Source: an uncultured Candidatus Woesearchaeota archaeon
GTDB taxonomy: Archaea > Nanobdellota > Nanobdellia > Woesearchaeales > GW2011-AR9
Length of the DNA: 59,611 nucleotides
Direction of reading: 5' to 3'
Assembly (NCBI GenBank): GCA_902529885.1
Contig: CABZYC010000002.1
Location: forward strand, 1 to 59,611
A program made the translations under genes and the position numbers. Below are positions 53,301 to 59,611 of the stretch, piece after piece. Position 1 is the first letter of the stretch. Every line of letters begins with the position of its first letter. A model generated the notes under the pieces. The model did not search any database, was not told where the DNA came from, and saw only the letters and a program-made list of their open reading frames with translations.

Positions 53301-56300
53301 TCATAGAGTTCACAACTTGCACCCACTGCAGTCGATATTTGAAACACAATGTCTGTCTCGTGCACTGCACCGCCAAATTCAGGGTATACAAAAGAGATAT
53401 CTTGTTCTAAATCGAACACTATTGTGTCTGACACATTGTTAATGTTACCATGGTCGTCAGTACACGAAGCAGTCAAATTATAAATTACGCCTGTCAACGA
53501 TGTGAAATAGTGTTCTTTATCCTCATCACGAGAGAATGATACTGTCTGAGTGTCACCTTCAGGCAACTTCTGTTCTAAAATAAAGTCACACTCAGCAGGT
53601 TCAGAAGGTTCTGTTAAATATACAGTTAACTCACTAATATCTGCGTCCGTATCACTATAATAATTCAATACAAAATCTGGGTTTTGTGTATCAACAAAAA
53701 CGTAAGTTGTTTGTAAATCTTCACGATTATAATATTTGTCTTCTGCTAAATAATATAATGTGTATGTGTCACCAGCCTCTATCACAGACTGTAAATATGT
53801 GCTATTAACCAAATTAATTTCTGCAGACTCAGAATTGATTATCCCAGAGTATTCATAATAATCAAAATTGTCTTCAGTACAACCACTAGATTGTGATGAG
53901 GTTAAACAGTAGTATAAGCCGGTCACCGGACTTATATCGTCTACAGAAGACAAGTTTATTGAAGGAAAACTGTTGCTTACAACTGCAAAACTTCCTGTGT
54001 TAATCTCAGTTATTGGCCCCTCATTATCTATCTTACACGTTTCATATTCTCCTGCAGAAAATTCGTCACAATCATTATAAGAATCGTAGTTCCCATCTTT
54101 ATAACATTCACCGTGCGTTTCGTTCGCTGCGTACCAATAACATGTTCCCCAACTACACTTGTCATTACTATTGAAAATGTCCATGTCAATACTAGACACA
54201 GGTACACCCCCAATACATTCAAGTTCGCTTGTATACTCATAACAATTTGCGTCTTGTGAAGGTGAATCACCACAATCGTTGCAAACACTATTATTAGTAT
54301 CACTAAAACACGATCCTAATTGATCACACACATCAGGAGTACAATACATGTTCTCAAATAATTGGCTGTCGGGACCACACAAATAACATTGGTCATCTTC
54401 AACATAATCTTGTGGTGCGCAATATCCTGTACCAAACTCTTCAGTGGTAGGATACAATACAGGGGAGTCATAATACGTATTATCACTCTGGTTCACCCAA
54501 AGGCAACCTTGCCCTAAACAATTATCAATCTCGCAAGAGTCTTGGGACCTATAATCAAAACAAGTTTGTACTTCATTACAATCAATACAATCGTCCACAA
54601 TTGTGTCACTATAATCATAATAACAAAAGTTCAAGTATCCAGTCTCGTTATCATAATCCCCATAACATGTTGACTCTTCATAATATAAACCAAACGGTGT
54701 AGCTAACATTGAGTCAACATTACACATTCCTGCATCTTTACAAATTGCGTTCGTTTCACCAATAATGGTACAATAATAATCTGTTGAATCTGTGTCAAGC
54801 TCAGAACAATCGTTACTTAACACCACATAATTTTCATCGTCACACGCATAGATCAATTTTCGTTCATTATCATCCGTAGTACTATCGTCAATACCACAAA
54901 AAAATTGTGACTCTTGAATATTATCACATTCCTTATCACCCGTTAACACAGTGATAGAAATTTGTTCTGTACTAATCCTTGTTTGAGGTGCACCAGCATC
55001 ATCCGCAGGACCGTCTGTATAGATTGCTTCCAATGCATAAGTGTACGAAGTTTCCCATTCAACATCATAATCAATATAGGTTCCAATGTACGGGCTTATA
55101 ACTCCTAACTTCACACCGTCTTTATACAAATTATACCCGTCAACTTCAGGACAAGGTTTTTCCCAAGACAAAAAAACTGCTTCCATTCCACGTTCTACTG
55201 ATGATTCAAAGACTTCAACAGGTTTTGTAGCGTTAGGTTGCCCATAACTACATTCGCCAATGTAACGTGAAAGGATAATGTCATAATCAAGTTCAGTAAT
55301 ACCTTCATCAACATTCAATGTTAAATCGTCAACTGAATAATCCTCAAATATAGCACTTATATTGTATGCTCCTGGTTCAAGATAGATTTCAAATGTACCG
55401 TCTGGGTACTCACTACTTTCTTTAAAAATATCGTTCACATAAATTTTAGCGCCGAATACAGGGTCAAGCACACTTAAATCACCCATTGTGTCCAAATAAG
55501 TTACGCCTTTCACTCCTTGAAACTCAATCTCTTCTAGAATAAAAGTGTCATAAAAATCCGAGTCTAATGAAAGGTCATATTCAAGGACAGTGTGATAACT
55601 TTTACTCAACGTTAAAACGTGTTCGCCAGTGTTCACATCAGTAAATTCGAAAAACCCGTCAGTATCAGTACTAACCTGGACGGTATCATTACCTTCTAAT
55701 GTTACTGCAACTTGCGATAATGGTTCACCATCAATGTCAGTTATTAAACCACTCACTGTATGTTCACCTAAGCTCCGGACAACAACATATTCTAATTCTA
55801 ATGTTTCGCCATCAAGAACGGTTATAGTATCACGGTAAGTACTATACTCTTCAGTTGTGATGGTTAATGTATAAGTGTTAGGTAATACATCATTAAACTC
55901 AAAATAGCCTGTGTCTGTAACCTCGCTACCATCATTAAGCATAATAGTAAATTCTACATCTTCACCAGACTCATTTTGGACAGTACCAGTTATTGTGGAA
56001 GTCTCAACTTCATACCCACAAATGTCTACACTACAGTATGCTGCATCAACATTAATGGTATAACTCATGCTTGATTCCTCAAGACCTTGCTGTTCTGTAC
56101 GTGACACACAATCGTTCCTAAAATCTACTAATGAACAAAAATCGCCAGTCCGACAACAACCAGGTGTACACCATTGTTCATACATATCATCTGTAACTTC
56201 AACGCCGCCTTCATACTCACACAATAAATAAGATGTATAATCGCAAGATACACTACATAATACTTCTTCACATTCATCAATTGTATCACAACTTATACCT

Positions 56301-56494
56301 GGACTAAAATAAAGGTCTAGATCGTCACAACCGTTCGTATCACAATCAGCTTGCGCATCACTTTCTAAAACGTTATCTGTACACAATAAACTTGTATCAG
56401 ATAAAGGGTAAGTATAACAACCTTCAAGCTCAGCTTGCACTAAAGGAATTAAACAAAACAGTATACACATTCCTATTAATAGTCTCACGTACAC
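50360..56494 (-). CDS. giant (2044 aa) Cys-rich multi-domain surface protein with C-terminal TM anchor and Lys-rich cytoplasmic tail
   Basis: GTG start with a Sec-type signal MYVRLLIGMCILFCLIPLVQA|ELEGCY. Domains are described in the findings. TM LGAIIVLLLSLLMMGGSSGFLSYFY (about nt 50846-50923), then a 161-aa K-rich tail. It is a single uninterrupted ORF with only short antisense shadows. Confidence 0.85.
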   Translation of the reverse strand: MYVRLLIGMCILFCLIPLVQAELEGCYTYPLSDTSLLCTDNVLESDAQADCDTNGCDDLDLYFSPGISCDTIDECEEVLCSVSCDYTSYLLCEYEGGVEVTDDMYEQWCTPGCCRTGDFCSLVDFRNDCVSRTEQQGLEESSMSYTINVDAAYCSVDICGYEVETSTITGTVQNESGEDVEFTIMLNDGSEVTDTGYFEFNDVLPNTYTLTITTEEYSTYRDTITVLDGETLELEYVVVRSLGEHTVSGLITDIDGEPLSQVAVTLEGNDTVQVSTDTDGFFEFTDVNTGEHVLTLSKSYHTVLEYDLSLDSDFYDTFILEEIEFQGVKGVTYLDTMGDLSVLDPVFGAKIYVNDIFKESSEYPDGTFEIYLEPGAYNISAIFEDYSVDDLTLNVDEGITELDYDIILSRYIGECSYGQPNATKPVEVFESSVERGMEAVFLSWEKPCPEVDGYNLYKDGVKLGVISPYIGTYIDYDVEWETSYTYALEAIYTDGPADDAGAPQTRISTEQISITVLTGDKECDNIQESQFFCGIDDSTTDDNERKLIYACDDENYVVLSNDCSELDTDSTDYYCTIIGETNAICKDAGMCNVDSMLATPFGLYYEESTCYGDYDNETGYLNFCYYDYSDTIVDDCIDCNEVQTCFDYRSQDSCEIDNCLGQGCLWVNQSDNTYYDSPVLYPTTEEFGTGYCAPQDYVEDDQCYLCGPDSQLFENMYCTPDVCDQLGSCFSDTNNSVCNDCGDSPSQDANCYEYTSELECIGGVPVSSIDMDIFNSNDKCSWGTCYWYAANETHGECYKDGNYDSYNDCDEFSAGEYETCKIDNEGPITEINTGSFAVVSNSFPSINLSSVDDISPVTGLYYCLTSSQSSGCTEDNFDYYEYSGIINSESAEINLVNSTYLQSVIEAGDTYTLYYLAEDKYYNREDLQTTYVFVDTQNPDFVLNYYSDTDADISELTVYLTEPSEPAECDFILEQKLPEGDTQTVSFSRDEDKEHYFTSLTGVIYNLTASCTDDHGNINNVSDTIVFDLEQDISFVYPEFGGAVHETDIVFQISTAVGASCELYETNDGVAWTKLAEFYTSDDENKNHSTSSIPNFYEGDYAGFLKAVCVESYTDEVMEDYFDFVVDFTAPDTQAILTEGDREELPVGDEWELYWIESVNIDFECSAEGFDCAETFYCFGEGCESRSDEKYEVYSGTVTITNTTRMCYYSTDTVENLVDVQCGEIIVEGFGINMVLPELYYYGGEQYGVSSDPVFDWVIMSKLNTEACTYDFNPEFDFDSQPEYKKFDLYEDKTNYYLYEDFPGDVLAAYDEDGGKKTLYVKCKDPLGEVGPAQKMNLEYDPSKPIILTTNVEPELVTDMRTVQLTVTTDDKTVCKFDDVTNDGYDYENMRYSFEGYDDNILNTTHVSEYSFDVDGATADFTLAVQCENGAGLVSNQETIDFSVDYAVVGYIESMSPTGIIDGKEVTLEVQTSKNALCEVDGEDFTVSGNTVHTKYIGDLVESNDPYHYIVSCLISENYDDDTIEFYVDQTPPSITSTNDGEESCGLHTVPLSVTVNEPNISHYEYNLYQGNSPGSSQLREYLGLENATDTILISSGTLNLTADIEGVTLVNGTPYYIEVLAVDSAGNVGEYVYTDGFVAGDGSSEDCAMDIFGPDIQVVTQAQQCMGSVISLECSDDAGCDDILYGTSTSIADCDPTQDKQSGIIVEQNQWLCYFASDTKGNNVTGNQKIEFEDVDGDGVADQCDICTETSAGAQVDSTGCARQETSDTTDTDGDGLPDSWEKLSTAPGCELDHEALDTDMNGVSDTDEDFDSDGLNNLEEYQAGKDPCIDDTFTEPVVETEVLDIPSSSSSSPNDNLGAIIVLLLSLLMMGGSSGFLSYFYTQMPQGRALFGSKPLYNKQVQSRQVSPQNKMANPKSMKPNVSQSKAQPLTQKKVSVGDRLRSLEENFSKRTKKSSRSKLFSSFTAKKSVEHLMRTAHEDLPVHKKVAEVTKHFEANKPEIKKQVDTNLFDKLENLSSAHKKNEVNAKDANEVFKKLRKLSK

Positions 56495-56510
56495 ATTAAT
56501 AAGAATTTAA

Positions 56511-56520
56511 TGTTTATAAA
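56511..56520 (-). promoter_or_regulatory. TATA-box-like element (TTTATAAACA) 17-26 nt upstream of the giant gene start
   Basis: The minus strand reads aatcTTTATAAACAttaaattcttattaatgtGTG. It lies in the 28-nt gap after the preceding stop. Confidence 0.4.
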
Positions 56521-56522
56521 GA

Positions 56523-57446
56523 TTAGTTCCGTTTACGCCGCAATATTGCACGTAACTCTTCTGTTCGACGGATACGTTCAATTGCATTTAACTGGTCTCG
56601 CGTCTTAATCTGTGGTTTAGGTGGACGATGACCTGCCCGTGCAATTGTTGGTTTAAGAGGTTTAGCTAAAGGTTGTGATGGGCGAACATAGCTTCTTCGC
56701 TTTTTAGGTTGTGGTGCCCGATATTTTTTAGGGTTAACTTTCATCGTTACTGCTTTTGAATTGTACACACCTTTTGGTTGTTGTGACCCTTTCAATGCCA
56801 GATATAAAAAAAGTAGTAATGCGCCTAACGCGACAGGAACGTAAGGAAAAGTTACAGGGTCACCTTCAATACTATTAAGTTTGGTTATTGTATTGTTACT
56901 TACATTACTTTCTTCAGAAATGCTTGAGTTCACAATATAATTGATTAAAGGGTCACCTGTAGCCACGTAATCAATTTCGTCTTTCTGTACAATCTCATAA
57001 TCTTTTGCAGTGTTACAATCACATTCACCCTGACTATAAGAATATAATTCTGTACCTTCAGTTTGCGCTTGTATAATACAATCAAACTCTGTACTTAATT
57101 CTGTGCAAGTCTCTTCTGTTTGACAACAGCCAGTTTTACAACTATCTTTTGTAGCAATACCGTAATCGCACATTCCACGAACGTTGAGGGTACAAGTGTC
57201 TTTACAAACAACTAATTGACATTCATCTAATATTGTACAAGAATCACTGTATAAGTATACGTCATCTAACACTTTTCCTGTATACTCCGCTTCAGTTAAA
57301 GCTTCATTCAACGTTAATTCACTACAATAAGCCGCACTTTCTTTGTCAACGTAGCATCCAAGGCCGCTAACTAGCGGAACCACAAACACCATCAATACAA
57401 ACACCGTCAAGGGTACCTTTACCATCCACATCACACCAGTTTCCAT
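56523..57446 (-). CDS. 307-aa Cys-rich type I membrane protein sharing the giant protein's N-terminal module
   Basis: Signal MVKVPLTVFVLMVFVVPLVSG|LGCY (alternative ATGs at 57431 and 57425). Cys module at residues about 30-145, TM at about 200-220, and a Pro/Lys/Arg-rich tail. Confidence 0.7.
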   Translation of the reverse strand: METGVMWMVKVPLTVFVLMVFVVPLVSGLGCYVDKESAAYCSELTLNEALTEAEYTGKVLDDVYLYSDSCTILDECQLVVCKDTCTLNVRGMCDYGIATKDSCKTGCCQTEETCTELSTEFDCIIQAQTEGTELYSYSQGECDCNTAKDYEIVQKDEIDYVATGDPLINYIVNSSISEESNVSNNTITKLNSIEGDPVTFPYVPVALGALLLFLYLALKGSQQPKGVYNSKAVTMKVNPKKYRAPQPKKRRSYVRPSQPLAKPLKPTIARAGHRPPKPQIKTRDQLNAIERIRRTEELRAILRRKRN

Positions 57447-59601
57447 TTTTACATTCGTTCACAAAGATCCCTACCTCAGACAAAGTGCCGACTTCAGCAT
57501 TTTGTAACACTGAATACCACGGTTGACTATGACTAAACAATTCTTTGTCTGCTGAGATGACAGGATTTTCTATTGCTTGGTCACAACCATACGTTCCCCC
57601 ACATAAATATTTCGTGCCTTCACTATCATATTGGATACTAAATTGTTCTTGTCCAGCACACACGCCTGGCACACCACAATCTATGTCAGCACATAAAGGA
57701 ATATCTCTGTCTGAACGTTGATATTCAGTAGTCTTATCGGAACCACACACATTACCTCTTGACTGATCACAAAACGCTTTTTCTACTACTTGCACTTTAT
57801 TTTGACATAAAATGTCTGATTCATAACATACTGTACTAACATCAGCCAATGTATTCGTGTCTTGTATGCAACACGCAGTTGTAGTGTTGAACGGACTATT
57901 ATCACGTGTTTCATGCCCCCCTGAATCGTTCACATAAATTTCATGGTATGGGAAAGGAAAAGGATGCCTGGAAACTTCTTGATACGCACATTCAACAATG
58001 TCATAAGAAAGGCCTCTCGATAAATCTAATGATTCACCACACAATGACTCACTATAACCTAACTCTATTGAACCAATCTCACCAACCAAAGTGGGCCTAA
58101 AAATAGTATCTACAAAAAAATCATACATGTTTTCTTCATAATTACTAAGGTCATCACAATCAACTGATGTTTTGTAAGGTAGCACAAAACAAAAAGTGTC
58201 CGTACCCCAACTAAACGACCTAGTTTCAACCTCGTCATCACTAGTACTTTCATAACCTTCTGTATACAATACGTCCATAGAACTTAATGTACCATCATCA
58301 CTAGATACAGTAACTAAATAGGGTTGTTCAATGCTTAACATAGACGTCTCTTGACCCCTCACATCTGTTACAGTAACATCAAAATCGGTCGTCTCACCAA
58401 CCTTAATACGTATTTTTTGTGAGTCGTAACCATGATCATTAAATGAGGTTAAGATGAGCTCATAATCACCATCTTCAACACCTTCTATCTCTTGGTTGAT
58501 GAAGGGGTATTCGGAGAATGTGTCAGGTATATCTAAATTTAAACTATTACTATCATCCAATAATTCAAATGAAACATCATCTTGGTCCGGGTCGAACGAG
58601 GATGCATTAATAGTCAAATTTGTGTAAGACCTACTATCTGGCAAAATTAAATAGTCATAACCTAAACAAGCTGCTTGGCTAACATACTCTAACGCAGGAG
58701 GTCGGTTAGTAATGGCTACACGGTACACTAAGTTCTCATTTTCATCGCGGTGTATTTGGTTCGTTGAATATTCGTACACACTATAAGCACCTTGGTCACT
58801 TATTTCTAATGTGGAACCCAAAATTGAATAGGATGATACACCTTGCAATGTTTCTTCAGTCCAATTATAATGTACATCACGAGATTCGTAGTACAAGGGA
58901 TTCTTGATGGCATTATTAAAAAAACTGTACAAATTGCTAGGGTAAAAAAGATCAAAATCTTGTATGTCAAACATTTCTTCACCATCAAACATAAGAGATA
59001 ACGGGTACATTGCAGTAATTATAATACCACCACTTTCTATTTTTAAAGATAAAGTTAAATCGCCACTTTCAAACGCCCCAGCATAACCAGGTTGGGTTTC
59101 AACCTGTGTCTCAAAACAATCTAACACTTTCGTTTTTACATATTGTTCAAGGTCATCCTCAACATAAGATAACCGTAATTTTTGGCGTGCACCAAAATTG
59201 GCGGTGTCAGTGTTAACCCATTGACAATATGCCGGGGCGTTTGACGAACTTTCACAAGGATAACTTGCAGGCTCTTCATTCTCTTCATAAGTAATCCCTA
59301 AATATACTTGATCACCTTCAAACATTACACCATTAACACCATCTTGGAACTCTAAATCATTGTAAGGATAAAATAGTCGGCCACCTTTGCTTAATTCAAT
59401 TAATGCTTTGTCTAATTCGTCCAATAAACAATCTTGAATGAATAATCGTGCACCCTCTGAACGAAAAAGTTTACTATGTGTTTCATCAAGCGAAGTTTGC
59501 AATTGGTTATCCTGAACATTGTTTACTAATAACAACATAAAACCTACCCCTGCCATTAAAACTATCCCAAGTATAATGAAAACAGTTATCTGTCCTCTCA
59601 T
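57367..59601 (-). CDS. class III signal peptide (prepilin-like) large protein, 744 aa, Cys-rich C-terminal third
   Basis: N-terminus MRG|QITVFIILGIVLMAGVGFMLLLV. It is the first gene of the array seen in the window, with only 10 nt of upstream sequence available. Confidence 0.65.
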   Translation of the reverse strand: MRGQITVFIILGIVLMAGVGFMLLLVNNVQDNQLQTSLDETHSKLFRSEGARLFIQDCLLDELDKALIELSKGGRLFYPYNDLEFQDGVNGVMFEGDQVYLGITYEENEEPASYPCESSSNAPAYCQWVNTDTANFGARQKLRLSYVEDDLEQYVKTKVLDCFETQVETQPGYAGAFESGDLTLSLKIESGGIIITAMYPLSLMFDGEEMFDIQDFDLFYPSNLYSFFNNAIKNPLYYESRDVHYNWTEETLQGVSSYSILGSTLEISDQGAYSVYEYSTNQIHRDENENLVYRVAITNRPPALEYVSQAACLGYDYLILPDSRSYTNLTINASSFDPDQDDVSFELLDDSNSLNLDIPDTFSEYPFINQEIEGVEDGDYELILTSFNDHGYDSQKIRIKVGETTDFDVTVTDVRGQETSMLSIEQPYLVTVSSDDGTLSSMDVLYTEGYESTSDDEVETRSFSWGTDTFCFVLPYKTSVDCDDLSNYEENMYDFFVDTIFRPTLVGEIGSIELGYSESLCGESLDLSRGLSYDIVECAYQEVSRHPFPFPYHEIYVNDSGGHETRDNSPFNTTTACCIQDTNTLADVSTVCYESDILCQNKVQVVEKAFCDQSRGNVCGSDKTTEYQRSDRDIPLCADIDCGVPGVCAGQEQFSIQYDSEGTKYLCGGTYGCDQAIENPVISADKELFSHSQPWYSVLQNAEVGTLSEVGIFVNECKNGNWCDVDGKGTLDGVCIDGVCGSAS

Positions 59602-59611
59602 ACAATAAAAA

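Noticed and set aside
1-59611. CRISPR arrays, rRNA genes, IS elements and transposases.
   Set aside because: No regularly spaced direct repeats, no 16S/23S/5S-like sequence, and no DDE or serine/tyrosine recombinase motifs appear in any ORF. The only repeats found are the 72-nt paralogue ends and the 45-nt duplication in dnaG.

Overview
An AT-rich, tightly packed archaeal chromosome segment. The archaeal assignment rests on the gene set: the r-protein operon L3-L4-L23-L2-S19-L22-S3, PAN, aRF1, Topo VI A/B, archaeal DnaG, RadA, RPA, a histone, aIF1A, aIF5A, NAC, Sec61beta, SecF/SecD, Nop5, Rpp21, and an RNase P RNA that I identified by hand. Short proteins and pervasive 4-nt start/stop overlaps suggest a small-genome, DPANN-like uncultivated archaeon. 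That lineage call is inference only.

Nt 1-39515 hold mostly housekeeping genes. This part also carries two tRNAs (Cys-GCA, Arg-UCU), one RNase P RNA and several oddities:
- an LspA-like signal peptidase II next to a HerA-like ATPase
- a class III nucleotide cyclase
- a long-form dCTP deaminase
- a short Nop5 with no fibrillarin gene beside it

Nt 39556-59601 are the striking part. All genes there lie on the minus strand, and most start/stop junctions either overlap (ATGA, TAATG, GTGA) or are only a few nt apart. The operon encodes 19 proteins whose N-termini look like archaeal class III (prepilin/archaellin-type) signal peptides: a short basic stretch, K/R-G/A, then about 20 hydrophobic residues. 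Two of these are 37-aa and 44-aa mini-ORFs absent from the ORF track. The operon also encodes a 2044-aa Cys-rich multi-domain surface protein and a 307-aa protein that shares its N-terminal Cys-rich module.

I recognise none of these 21 products as a characterised family. No pilus ATPase, platform protein or prepilin peptidase lies in the window. I read it as a candidate undescribed cell-surface filament/adhesion system.

No CRISPR array, rRNA, transposase or integrase was seen. All calls come from reading the translations and sequence. No database search, covariance model or GC computation was run. Some ORF-track starts are non-ATG (TTG/GTG) and are noted where checked.
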